Assembly (NCBI GenBank): GCA_965217865.1 | Contig: CBDCJO010000002.1 | Span: forward strand, 3,712,001 to 3,776,000 | DNA from: Candidatus Latescibacterota bacterium | GTDB taxonomy: Bacteria > Latescibacterota > UBA2968 > SICM01 | DNA: 64,000 nucleotides | Reading direction: 5' to 3' | Part shown: positions 43,020-53,186 of the stretch, piece by piece | Numbering within the stretch: position 1 is the first letter of the stretch | Layout of the letters: each line of letters begins with the position of its first letter | The notes under the pieces: model-generated | Told to the model about the DNA's origin: nothing | Database searches by the model: none | The model's input: only the letters and a program-made list of their open reading frames with translations | Program-made: the position numbers and the translations under genes

Positions 43020-43844
43020 TTACCTCTTGAATGCCTGCTTCGCGATTTTTCGCTCGTCGATGCACTTCCGGTTTTTCCAGGCGCGTCCGAGCGTTCTCCA
43101 CAGGCCGCCTTCCTCAAACGGGTTCAGGGTCGCCGCGAGCCCCAGCCTCTTGGGCGCTGGGGGGCTTGTCTTCCACACGCGGGCGGGGATCCGTAACGAG
43201 GGACCCTTCAGCTCGATCTCTTCCCCGCTCCTCTGATCGCTCACGACCAGGGCGAGCGCGATCTGCAAGTCGGGACTGTCCACGCCGAGATCTGCCGCAG
43301 GTATGCTCAGGATCGGAGCGAAGCGATAGGTGTGATCGGAAGTCGTGCGTCTCTCTTCTGGTTCCACGAAGCTGATCCAGCTGGCCTCTCCTCTCGACGT
43401 TGTCGTGAAGCGCCGGGGCGAAGGCGGCTCGCCCGGCTCACTCGCCTGGTAGGTCGCCACCTCATGTCCTTGGACGCGCCTCTCTCTCGTACGGGCCTTC
43501 ATCTTCAGCATGTAGGAGGTCGCGCCCCAGTTCGTCCCGGCATGGAGCTCGAGTGCCACGAGCTCTACTCCGACCACGACTCGGGTTCCCGTGCTTGGCA
43601 GGTATCCGGCGATTACCGTGACTAGCGCGCTTGCGCGTCCATCCCCCGAGTCCATCAGCGTGTACGCTCGCGTGGTATACGGCTCCTCGTCCGCACAACT
43701 CCGATTGAACTCGATGTGTCCGCCCGCCAAGTGCACGATCGGCTCGATCTCTTGGCCCTCGGGCAACTGGCATCCACTGCAGGCGCTGGTGGCGAGGACG
43801 GAGGTGAGCAGTGCCATCGCCGCCATTGCTCTCGTCGTCTTCAT
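43020..43844 (-). CDS. Hypothetical lipoprotein
   Basis: AGGAG RBS, signal peptide with Cys (ATSAC). Confidence 0.55.
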   Translation of the reverse strand: MKTTRAMAAMALLTSVLATSACSGCQLPEGQEIEPIVHLAGGHIEFNRSCADEEPYTTRAYTLMDSGDGRASALVTVIAGYLPSTGTRVVVGVELVALELHAGTNWGATSYMLKMKARTRERRVQGHEVATYQASEPGEPPSPRRFTTTSRGEASWISFVEPEERRTTSDHTYRFAPILSIPAADLGVDSPDLQIALALVVSDQRSGEEIELKGPSLRIPARVWKTSPPAPKRLGLAATLNPFEEGGLWRTLGRAWKNRKCIDERKIAKQAFKR

Positions 43845-44034
43845 TCTCCGTTCTCCTGCCTTTATACCGTGCTCGGCTGTTCCCGTTACCTGCTGCCGTT
43901 GCAGAAACGATCCATTCTTCGCAAAACGAAGGTTCTCGTTTTGTGTTCACCTGTCAACGGACAGATTGAAACGAACACACCGAGGTCACCAAGGCCCAGT
44001 TGCCAGTCGTCCCACGCCGCTCCCCACGCTGGAC

Positions 44035-44340
44035 CGGAAGGCATCAGGTGCTCGGCCATGTAGTCCACGAACAGCACCTCACTCCGCTTGGATTGCACCG
44101 AGAACCGGTTGTGGGGCCGGATGCCACCCTTCGGAGACATGAACGGCGGATTGGCGAGAATCACGTCGGCGTACTCGTTCCAACGCTCCTCACTGGTGAG
44201 CGTGTCGTATTCAAAGATATGCGGATCGTTGAAGCCGTGCAGGTACAGGTTCACAAGCGACAGGCGCACCATGTCGGGCGAGATGTCGTAGCCCTTGAAG
44301 TTCGCCGCCAGCCGTCCCTTGTCATCCGGCGTCAGCGTGC
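44035..44340 (-). pseudogene. hsdM: Type I RM methyltransferase internal fragment
   Basis: GYDISPDMVRLSLVNLYLHG..ILANPPF..SEVLFVDYMAEHL. Confidence 0.85.
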
Positions 44341-44383
44341 TGTTGCCTTGCGGGTCGGGTCTCGACGGACAGGAGGTCACGCG

Positions 44384-44854
44384 ATGAGCGGTCGCGCATC
44401 CGATGCAACCCGGGCCGGACCCGGCCCCCTGGAAGTGTCCTTCACGTTCCAGCCCGGGAACGGCCGGAACAACGGCTGCCCCCACACGGATCAGGACCGG
44501 AATGTCGAGCCGGGGAATATACCTCGCATATCGAGACTGACGGCCCTGGCGATACGGTTCGAGGGGCTGGTCCGGGAGGGCGAGGTGCGGGACTATGCGG
44601 ACCTGGCGCGCCTCGGCTGCATGACCCGGGCGAGGATCACGCAGATCATGAACCTGCTCCATCTGGCGCCCGACATTCAGGAAGCGCTGCTGTTCCTGCC
44701 GCGCACCCTCCGGGGCCGCGACCCGATCTGCGAGAAGGACGTCCGTCCCATCGCCGCCGTCCCCCACTGGCCCCATCAGCGCAAGATGTGGGCCACGCTC
44801 GCCGAAGAACGCTTGCCCTTCAGTATTCTGACGGCAATCACCACAAAGGAATAG
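44384..44854 (+). CDS. HTH protein that typically follows DUF2924-serine recombinase pairs
   Basis: PRISRL.ALAIRF..DYADLARLG.MTRARITQIMNLLHLAPDIQEALL. Confidence 0.7.
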   Translation: MSGRASDATRAGPGPLEVSFTFQPGNGRNNGCPHTDQDRNVEPGNIPRISRLTALAIRFEGLVREGEVRDYADLARLGCMTRARITQIMNLLHLAPDIQEALLFLPRTLRGRDPICEKDVRPIAAVPHWPHQRKMWATLAEERLPFSILTAITTKE

Positions 44855-44889
44855 CCGGGCCTGTGCAAGTGCGTCTCCGAGGATCCGGA

Positions 44890-45712
44890 TGCATGAGCAG
44901 GCAGGGCAGGTTTTCAACAAGGCCGAGCACCGACGTACGCTCCGCTTCTCATGGAAACCATTGATCGTTCCGAGAGATCGATCGCAAGCACATGAATATC
45001 AGTACGGTCATGGCCTGTACCAGGCCTTCCTTACATAGACGGTTACAAGCCTTACAGGAATTACCAGAAGGCGCTGTTCGAGGCGGTTGAAGCCCGCCTC
45101 GGCAAGGACCGCGGTACTTTACACGCTCCTGACCGGCGAAGCCATAGCGGCGGAGCGCGAATCTCTGAAAACCCCGGCCGGGCTTCGACGATGCACCGCC
45201 GCCACGCGAAACGTCCGAGCAGGATTTCCCGGGGGACATTCGCCGCATTGTCCGCAGGTTCGAACCGCCGGACGAGAGGGATACCCGGGATCGGCATCTC
45301 GGAAAGGAGGGAGAAGCGCTCGACTTCGAGGTGGAAGGCACCGCTTTGAGGAACTTGGCCGGAAGGACCTGCCCGACCGCGTCCGATGGGTCGCCAGGGA
45401 CGATGGCGACGGTTACGGCTACGACGTCCTGCCTTCGACGGAACCGGCGATGAGGCCTGCCGAGAGCGTTGGCTGGAGATCAAGACGACGAATGGTCCCA
45501 GGACAAATCCTTTTTTCATCACCAAGAACGAGTTGTGCGTTTCCAAGGAGCGCCCCGACATCTTCAGGATCGTCAGGCTATACGATTTCCGGCGGCAGGC
45601 GCGCGCTTACCGCATCGAGCCGCCTCTGGAGGAACACGTCTGGCTTTCGCCGATGATCTACAGGGCCTCCCTGACCGCCTCCTCATCTTTGCCGACAGTT
45701 GAGAGTCAATAG
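44890..45712 (+). pseudogene. DUF3883 (NOV C-terminal) nuclease protein, multiply frameshifted
   Basis: RKHMNIS..YIDGYKPYRNYQ; DGDGYGYDV; LEIKTTNG..PFFITKNE. Confidence 0.75.
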
Positions 45713-45782
45713 CCTCTTGCCCAGAAATGCTGTCCGGTGAAGTTCGACCGACGACCGGGATAGTTCCGGGCGATCAGGTGGT
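45711..45782 (-). mobile_element. IS200/IS605 TnpA fragment
   Basis: IARNYPGRRSNFTGQHFWARGY. Confidence 0.7.
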
Positions 45783-45849
45783 CCGCCTTGACGGACGCTT
45801 AAGACTTGACCTTTCTCCTGATTTGTTATATGCTCTTCTATTATTGTTT

Positions 45850-46010
45850 CTCACTCGGTTCGTTTCCGTGGATGCTGTAGCCCATCCAAACGACAATCGG
45901 AAGTGAAGTGACATGCATTGTCTCTGGTCGTGAGGGATCCGACCGATCCGCATGGTCTTCCTTGATCGTCGCCAGCTTCCGTTGGTTCCTTTCAGAGGTG
46001 AGCGCGACCA
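45850..46010 (-). pseudogene. M14 zinc carboxypeptidase fragment
   Basis: PIVVWMGYSIHGNEPS. Confidence 0.75.
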
Positions 46011-46246
46011 GAGAGGAGGCGCAACTCGCGAGACCGGGCAGCGACCTCCAAGGAGGTGACCCGCGGCGAAAGATCAGCCAGGCGCCGCATGTACGAGACG
46101 ATCCGGCCACGTCTGAGGGGCCATTCCCCACTGCGAATCCCGGACGGAACCCCGGGGTGGGAATCGCAGGTGGTTGTCGCAGACGTAAACCGGATCCATG
46201 GCCGCGAGAAGGATCGCGCCAAAGACGAAATGGATGACGGGTTGAC

Positions 46247-46497
46247 TGTATCTATTCTGAGATAACAAGATATAGGTCCAAGCAAGATTCAGGCAGCCTT
46301 TGACTGGTCTGGGATGTTCTTTTCCGATTGATTTCTATGCGGCGCTGCCGAGCCTCCTCCTTTCGATCTTGTCGGTGGCAAAGAATCTTTTGATGCTGGA
46401 TTTTATGCCTCTGATGAGGCGTGACATACTGTATTGCCCCGTGATAGCGTTCGGCGTTGTAGCTGTGAATGAAGGAAGCAATCAGGCCTTCCAGTTG
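46247..46497 (-). mobile_element. Diverged right-end fragment of the IS3 at 2627/26099
   Basis: Same IR and OrfB tail with substitutions and deletions. Confidence 0.85.
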
Positions 46498-46760
46498 GCC
46501 GGGCGTCCGGACCGAGGCTGATCTTCCATGCCGGCCAGGCGGTCTTCAAAGAACCGCTTGCGCCACTTGCTTACGATCTGTCGGGGGATGTCCAGCCTTT
46601 CAGCGATGCGTTTGTTAGTAAGACCCTCAGCCGCCAACAGAATGATCTTGGACCTGATGACCTGGAAATATGATGACGTATATTGCCTCGCCATCCCTTC
46701 GAGGGTCTGTTTCTCATCCTCGGCTAAGATAATTGTGAAAGGGCTCCTCCTATCAGTGCG
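46482..46760 (-). mobile_element. IS630-type HTH ORF fragment
   Basis: RSKIILLAAEG.TNKRIA..VSKWRKRF..D.PRSGRP. Confidence 0.8.
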
Positions 46761-46796
46761 GACTTTCTTGCGTCTGATTATTGCTACGACATTGAG

Positions 46797-47335
46797 ATGA
46801 CTCAGACGGAACATAGTAGGGCCAACAGAGCGGCATGGTCCCATCGAGCCTATGAAGCGTGGCAACACGGCTATGGTTCACCTCCCGAGGCTGCTGCGAG
46901 TATTCGTGAAGATCCGGAGATTATACTGCGGGAGTACCGTGAACACCTGGGCGATGTGAGGGGGAAGGTCGTAGCAAACCTGCTCGGCTCACATGGGCGA
47001 AGAGCGGTAGCTTTGGCCATTCTCGGGGCCGAGGTCACTGTCGTCGATATCTCGGCAGAGAACCAGCGCTACGCTCTTGAGCTGGCACGAGCCGCCGGTG
47101 TTACCATCGAGTACATCGTATCGGATATACTCGAGTGGAAAACAGAATCCCTTGCCGATCATTTCGATACAGTCCTAATGGAGTATGGGATTCTCCACTA
47201 CTTCGTGCAATTAGATCCGCTTGTCAGGCTTCTAGAAAAGATCTTGAAGCCCGCCGGCAAGGTCGTTCTTCATGAATTCCATCCGATTGACAAGAAGTGC
47301 GGACTGATCGAGGAAGGAGGCCGACTGATCCTGCA
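46797..47335 (+). pseudogene. SAM methyltransferase, 3'-truncated, fused in frame to the next fragment
   Basis: GKVVANLLGSHG..VTVVDIS..GILHYF..LHEFHP. Confidence 0.75.
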
Positions 47336-47595
47336 AGACGTTCGGATTGTTCTGGTCTCAGCAGGCTTCTCGCGAGAACTGACCACGGCGGTATTGTGGC
47401 TTAATGAGAAGGGGCTGGATATACGCTGCGTGCGGATTCAGCCCTATGACTATGACGGACGCACGCTCGTCGATGTCCAGCAGGTGATCCCCTTGCCGGA
47501 GACGGTAGATTACCAAGTGCAAATCCGCGAAAAGAAACGGCGGGAACAGACTGCTCGAAAGAGCGGTCCTGACTTTACGCGGTACGATGTAACTA
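47335..47595 (+). pseudogene. NucS-like/DUF4268-associated endonuclease internal fragment
   Basis: RIVLVSAGFSRELTTAVLWL..DIRCVR..DVQQVIPLPE. Confidence 0.6.
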
Positions 47596-49492
47596 CATGC
47601 GGAAAGTCAAGAGCAAAGTTGACGATTTCGAGGTTGGATGAGATTTTTTATGCCGGTTTTCTCAGCGTCAAGGGGTGTAAAGTGGACATTCTTACTATGT
47701 TCGGAGCGCAGTTCGCCCTTATGGTGCAGGACCGGTCTTTGAAGAGGGGCGAAGCTCCCGTGTGGGGGGTGGTGTCTTCCGATACCAACTTACATCCGCG
47801 GCCGGCACTCTTGTTTGTGTGAGTAGGTGTGCCGGTCTTCGCGCATTTTCTAATCCGATCCAGGAAGACGGGGAGGCCTGCGGATCTGTTAGCCGAAGCG
47901 ACTCCTATCGGAGCCCTCCTCTCAAGCCAGTTCTGCAGGCCGCCCCTGGCCGCCTTGGAAGGCGGCAGCTTGTGTAACCGGTCCGGCAGGAGACTGCACC
48001 GGATGTGAATCGAGCAGCGATGTCAAAGAGCGAGTGTGACCGCGGCAGCGGTCAGGCGGCGGCGCGAGCGCGCCGTCGGGGATGCTGCTTTTTCTTGTAG
48101 CGCTTCATGTAGCGCCTCTCGAGCGTTTTGAGGGATGCCGCGGGGTGGTCTCTCTCCTCGTAGAGACGATTTTCTCTGAGCAGGGCTACGATGAGCCGTA
48201 GGAACTGGGACGAGGCGGCCACGATATTCTTGCGGTAGCACTTCTTCCTGAGCTCGCGTTCGAGGAAGCGGCGGCGGACCTGGGGCACGACCCGGGCGGT
48301 CTGTTCGGTCATCTGGTAGATGATTCGCCGCAGCCGGGGATTGCCGATCTTGCTCATCCGCCTTTTGCCTTTGTACTTTCCGGAGTCGGCGATGCGCACG
48401 TTCGTGCCGGCGAGCTTCTCGATCTGTTTGAAGTGGGTGAAGCGGGTGGCCCCTCGCGTCTCCGCGGTAAATTGGGCAGCCAGGTTTTTGTTGATGTTGG
48501 GGATCGAGTCGACGATTTGGAAAGTCGGATCCTGCTGAGTGCGGACGATCATCGCCTGCTCCACAGCTTTGAGTTGCGTCTCGGTCCGCCGGAGCGCCTC
48601 GATCCAGCCATTCAGGATGATGCGGAGGACATCTTCCTGGCCCTCGACCGGGATCCCGATGGAGGTCCGGGCCTCCTCCTTCAGCTTCTGCAGCGTCGCC
48701 ACCCCGTAACTGCCTCTTGAGATCCGATGGATCTGGCGGCCCTCCTCTTCGATGTCAATTTCCTCGAAGTGGCGGGGCAAGAAATATCGCTCCAACAGGT
48801 AGCGGGAGGTCTTCGTACGAATGTTGACCGCGTGGAGGAACTCCGGGAAGACGCGTTCCATCAGAGACCGGGTGCGGAGCAGGGACTTTGTGAGGTCCTT
48901 CCGGAGCTTGTCGTAGGCGATTGAGAGCTGGTGCGCGGCCTCCATGTGAGGCTCGAACGTCCTGAAGAGATCATAGCTTCCCTTCTGTGCGCTGTCGGCC
49001 ACCAGAAAGGCATCCCTGGGATCCGACTTGGAGAAATCGCGGTGCATCATCGGTCTTGCGTGATACGTCGTGAGGGGGCTCACCAGCAGCACGCGATACC
49101 CCTTCCCCTGGAGGTAGTGGGCCAGGGTAACCCACAGATTGCAGGACGTCTCGATGGCCACCACCATCCGATCCGGCCCGCAATCTTTGATGCGTCGCTC
49201 CAGATGCTGCCAGAGGGTATGGTCATATCCCGCTCGCGTCACGGGGAATGAGAAGGCCCCGCCTTGCTGAAGTCCGGAGGGATCGAGCACCGACCCGCTG
49301 TGTTTTTCCTTGCCCGGATCGATCCCGAGGACGAAATTCTGGGAGATGGCCTGTCGTTTAAGGTGGAAGATTTTCGACTTCATCGTATACCTCCAGCGTT
49401 GAGGGTTGAGTTTGCTTGCGCTTGCCGAATCTTAAGACACCTTGCCTTGCAAGGGAAGATTCAGCCCCTCAACGCTGTTTTTTCCTCCTTTA
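47595..49492 (-). mobile_element. IS110-family element with long 3' non-coding region (ends approximate)
   Basis: Intact transposase, ~450-nt downstream non-coding region ending near TTGACT, ~110-nt upstream region. Confidence 0.7.
48052..49383 (-). CDS. IS110-family transposase/recombinase
   Basis: LGIDPGK (DEDD), IETS, KSDPRDA, SIPNI, DSG..MSKIGNPRLR. Confidence 0.92.
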   Translation of the reverse strand: MKSKIFHLKRQAISQNFVLGIDPGKEKHSGSVLDPSGLQQGGAFSFPVTRAGYDHTLWQHLERRIKDCGPDRMVVAIETSCNLWVTLAHYLQGKGYRVLLVSPLTTYHARPMMHRDFSKSDPRDAFLVADSAQKGSYDLFRTFEPHMEAAHQLSIAYDKLRKDLTKSLLRTRSLMERVFPEFLHAVNIRTKTSRYLLERYFLPRHFEEIDIEEEGRQIHRISRGSYGVATLQKLKEEARTSIGIPVEGQEDVLRIILNGWIEALRRTETQLKAVEQAMIVRTQQDPTFQIVDSIPNINKNLAAQFTAETRGATRFTHFKQIEKLAGTNVRIADSGKYKGKRRMSKIGNPRLRRIIYQMTEQTARVVPQVRRRFLERELRKKCYRKNIVAASSQFLRLIVALLRENRLYEERDHPAASLKTLERRYMKRYKKKQHPRRRARAAA

Positions 49493-49611
49493 CTCGTTAG
49501 GCGCAAGTGCAGCTTCGCGAAAGCTCAAGACAGGGAGCGCTGATTGCCATGTCGTAGATCATTGAATTACCTTGGCGTTGATACCCCGCGCAAATTTTGG
49601 GCGTGTACTCG

Positions 49612-50010
49612 ATGAGCAAATCTAGTGGGAGCAGCAATTTCGAACTGATTGTGTGGACGACTATGCCCGGAAGCAAGTTGCGCCGGACGTGGCCTTTAGA
49701 TGGTGGGATGTCAGCGCAGATGGCAGCGATTGAGGTCGAAACTCCTATCGGTCAGACGGTGAAGCGAATTGTCCGCTGGCACAACGACTGGACTTACAGA
49801 TGCAATCCGCATGCCGTAGTGGAAGAATTCAAGACCTTGCAGTTGGCACATACCTTGGAGTTGGCAGCGCCGACACCTTATCATCTTGATGAATCGTGCT
49901 CGATCTTTTCAAAGCCATACATGGTCGTCGAGTACATCGAGGGGAATCCGAAGTTTACACTTCCTCCGGGATTTGATTTCACATTCAATCTCGCCAAACA
50001 CCTTGCTAGG
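49612..50010 (+). pseudogene. Aminoglycoside phosphotransferase-like protein, N-terminal fragment
   Basis: PLDGGMS..EFKTL..APTPY..PYMVVEYIEG..LAKHLARI; preceded by GTTAGGC at 49496. Confidence 0.7.
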
Positions 50011-50504
50011 ATCGGGCTGATAGAAAAAGCCAGGGCCATCCCCAAGGACGAGATCGTGTTCCGCGGAATACATTTGCTTGAGGACGAGGCTGAAAGCTTG
50101 ATGAAGACGGGCGTTATAGACCGAGTAAACCACCTCGCCCAAAGGGCGGGGCATTAACCACTCCCACCCCCAAAATCTTCTGCTATCCGATGAAACAGCT
50201 TGCCCACATACGCTCGAAGGTCACCTCGCAGAATCCATTTCCGGTACTTCGGTGCCCATACCAGAGGATACTGGCTATCATAGACTGCGTGACTGGTCCG
50301 TCGGAGTCCCATCGTATGCCTCCTGAGTCGATTTGTGTCTCAGTGGTCTGAACACGATAAGACACCCTTTTAGCACTGGCCTCCTCCAAGCGCCCGGGGA
50401 AGCGATACACGATCACCGAATCACGAGGTGATTATGCACTTGACTAAGGAACAATCCTCGCCTGTTCCACGATACGCTCCGCAGAATCATGAACACGGAC
50501 AATA

Positions 50505-51131
50505 TCACGTACCGGGAATTGGTAGCAGCTTGACTACCAGCACCATATCGGTATGGATCATCCATTTCTGGTTAGACCTCCACGCCTTGTAATCTTTGCC
50601 ATGGATACGGAGAGTGCCAATTTCCGTGAAAGCTGAAAATTGATTTAGACCTTGGTCGTCGGGGTCAACGTTGATAGGATCGGCCAGATATGCTGGTATG
50701 GCGAACGCTACGTATGCGTCCTCGTGCTTTGGAATGTGCGCTCTGTCTGATCTTGACGAAATGCTGGTACTCGGGTTCATAAAGTCAGAAGCACCGAATA
50801 CAGCGTCTTCTACTCTTAATGCCACATACCAAATTGGCTCAGGTGAATGGCCAATGGATACAGCGTTGTATGCTTCCTCCAGCTGCTCGGTTGATAATTC
50901 GCCCTTCTCCGGCTTAGATATCGGAGAAGGGCGGATGACAGACCATAACCAAGGTCCAAGGAGGACAATCGGCGCTGAAGCGAGCAACGCAACACTTACT
51001 CCTAGTTCCAGATTCAACATGGGCAACCACTCGTTTTTCCACACTTTGATATCATCGCTAACTCCAGCCAATCCAATGGCCCCAGAGCCGACGGCATACA
51101 ATGCCCGAAAAACGAAGAAGAACTTAGCCAT
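50505..51131 (-). CDS. Hypothetical membrane protein
   Basis: 208-aa ORF with two N-terminal hydrophobic segments and GAGG upstream. Confidence 0.5.
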   Translation of the reverse strand: MAKFFFVFRALYAVGSGAIGLAGVSDDIKVWKNEWLPMLNLELGVSVALLASAPIVLLGPWLWSVIRPSPISKPEKGELSTEQLEEAYNAVSIGHSPEPIWYVALRVEDAVFGASDFMNPSTSISSRSDRAHIPKHEDAYVAFAIPAYLADPINVDPDDQGLNQFSAFTEIGTLRIHGKDYKAWRSNQKWMIHTDMVLVVKLLPIPGT

Positions 51132-51196
51132 CTACCCATGATAACCTCTCTTTCTTGGCCCGTCAATATGAAATAGTAACTTAGTCAAGTGCATAA

Positions 51197-51394
51197 TTAC
51201 CAATCACGATGACTGTCGATGACATCCTGCATCTCGTTGATCATGCGAGCCAACCGCTCATGGGACAGGCGACACTCGAATACCGATAGCTGCACCCGTT
51301 GACCGTACTTCTCGCAGACTTCGGCGATACGCCTGAGTCGAGACGCTCCCAGGCCTTCCGTGTCGGCGATGTCGTAGGTGACCAGAAGGTCCAT
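51197..51394 (-). pseudogene. cas2: Cas2, 3'-truncated
   Basis: LLVTYDIA..RLRRIAEVCEKYGQRVQLSVFEC. Confidence 0.85.
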
Positions 51395-51397
51395 AGC

Positions 51398-51615
51398 TCA
51401 CGGCATGACGAAGGGTGGATAGGCCGGCAGATCACCGCGCAGATGTCGTGCGAGCAGCGTCGCCTGGACCGATGGCAATGCCCACCTGCCTATCTGTCGA
51501 TCGGAAATAGCATGATATATCTCCGCTTCCTTGTGGGCCTCCCATGCCTTGATCAGGCTCGTCCTCCCCTCATTGCTCAGGTAGACCCCGCCTCCCGGCA
51601 TCCGCACGAAACTGT
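51398..51615 (-). pseudogene. cas1: Cas1 C-terminal fragment (I-C-like)
   Basis: LPSVQATLLARHLRGDLPAYPPF directly upstream of cas2. Confidence 0.8.
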
Positions 51616-51678
51616 CCGCAAGGGGAGATTTGATCGCCTCCGACCGCTCGTGCGCGGCCTTGTGTTTCAATCCGCGGC
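51616..51678 (-). CRISPR. Possible CRISPR remnant: repeat 3' end, 36-nt spacer, repeat 5' start
   Basis: GCCGCGGATTGAAAC + 36 nt + CTCCCCTTGCGG next to cas1; no full repeat. Confidence 0.25.
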
Positions 51679-52050
51679 GCACCGGTCGGTAACACGAACG
51701 CCTTCAAACACGGTCTTTTCACCGCCGCGGCGACCGCCGAGCGGCGGGAAGTGGCTGCGCTCATTCGTGGGATGAAGAGTCTTGTCGAGCAGGTCGACGG
51801 TCAAGACTGACCAGCCGTGCAGCCTGTGCGGTTCCTTTTCGCCCCTTCATACATTGGGGGGCAACTCCGGGGCCAGTTTGCCGCGGCCGGAGGGAGGCAG
51901 AGTTGCGCAAGCGTAAGGGCAAATCAGCCGGACCCTGAAAGGAGTTTTTCATACCTCAAAGAATGTTGCGCCGGCGCGAAGTCGAAGCGAGAAAAGGGGC
52001 ATTCACCCATGACCAAAAGGAAATCCGCCAGGGGAGATAAGGTCATGACG
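51675..52050 (+). repeat. HGGxSTG-module fragments (copy of 12499-12811 joined to the start of the 30619 gene)
   Basis: Direct sequence match. Confidence 0.85.
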
Positions 52051-52169
52051 AAGCAATGTATAAGTGCGCTCTTAATCTTCGCTTCGCTACGATGAAGAGA
52101 GACACCGCGGCCCACACTTCGACAGCCTCCAATCTGATGTGTGGGTTATGGTAGACTTCCTTGCGTGGG

Positions 52170-52291
52170 TCTCAACGGACTCCAATTTGAACTGACGATC
52201 GTACCGCCTGCAACGACGTACCATAGAGGACACCTCCCTTAACTAATTTACTTCTCCCTTATCTGGGTGTCCACTAAATCGGGGCAAGACG
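52170..52291 (-). mobile_element. IS3 left end plus OrfA start
   Basis: TCTTGCCCCGATTTAGTGGACAC; GGAGG; MVRRCRRYDRQFKLESV. Confidence 0.65.
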
Positions 52292-52338
52292 AATTCGCTC
52301 ACTATTCACTGCTCACAATTCATCCCTCACCCTACGAT

Positions 52339-52373
52339 AAAAAAATGCCCCGATGGATTTCCCGCCGGGGCAT
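52339..52373 (-). terminator. Rho-independent terminator after the ABC ATPase
   Basis: ATGCCCCG/CGGGGCAT stem followed by a T run. Confidence 0.7.
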
Positions 52374-52394
52374 GGGATTCATCGTAACTCCCCT

Positions 52395-53141
52395 TCAATT
52401 CTCAATCGGAGCCTGTTCCGATCGGCCTTCCGCATTTGTTCCGTACATGTAGTCGAGATACATCTTCTCCAGGTCTTCCGTCTCCAGCTCCTTCTTCGTC
52501 CGCTCCATGATCAGCTTGCCGGCCTTCATGATCCCCACCCGGTCCGCCAGCGTGCGGGCCCGGAAGATGTCGTGCGTGGACATGAAGACCGCCTTCCCCT
52601 CCGACCTGAGTTCCTCCAGGAGATCAATAAACTCCGAGCCGGCCTGCGGATCCAGTCCGGCCGTCGGCTCGTCCAGAAGGATCGCCAAGGCATCCCGGAT
52701 GATCACGATGGCGATCCCGACCTTCTGCCGCATACCCTTGGAAAACTCCTTCACCCGCTGTTCATAAGCCTTCTCCTCCAGACCGACCCGCCTGAGAATC
52801 TTGTAATATCCCTCCCGGTCCGTCTGCTTGCCAGCCAGCCCCGCGAAAAAATCCAGATTCTGCCGTGCCGTGAAATTTCCGTAGAGCATGACGTTTTCCG
52901 ACAGATAGGCCAGGTGTTTCTTGGCCTCCAGCGGGTCCCGCGTAACGTCGATGCCGTTGATCTTGGCCGTTCCCTCCGTGGGTTCGATGAAGTTGAGCAT
53001 CAGGTTGATCGTCGTGGTCTTGCCCGCCCCGTTGGCCCCGAGCAGGCAGAAGATCTCCCCGGTGTCCACTTTCAGGTTGAGATTGTCCAGGGCAAGCACC
53101 CCGTCCTCGTAGCGTTTACTCAGACCGATGGCTTCAATCAT
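52395..53141 (-). CDS. ABC transporter ATP-binding protein
   Basis: GANGAGKTT, FSKGMRQK, LLDEP, STH. Confidence 0.95.
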   Translation of the reverse strand: MIEAIGLSKRYEDGVLALDNLNLKVDTGEIFCLLGANGAGKTTTINLMLNFIEPTEGTAKINGIDVTRDPLEAKKHLAYLSENVMLYGNFTARQNLDFFAGLAGKQTDREGYYKILRRVGLEEKAYEQRVKEFSKGMRQKVGIAIVIIRDALAILLDEPTAGLDPQAGSEFIDLLEELRSEGKAVFMSTHDIFRARTLADRVGIMKAGKLIMERTKKELETEDLEKMYLDYMYGTNAEGRSEQAPIEN

Positions 53142-53186
53142 TTCGTCTCTCCTTTGGTTTAAAACCCTTTGGTGTCTTCAAAAGGC

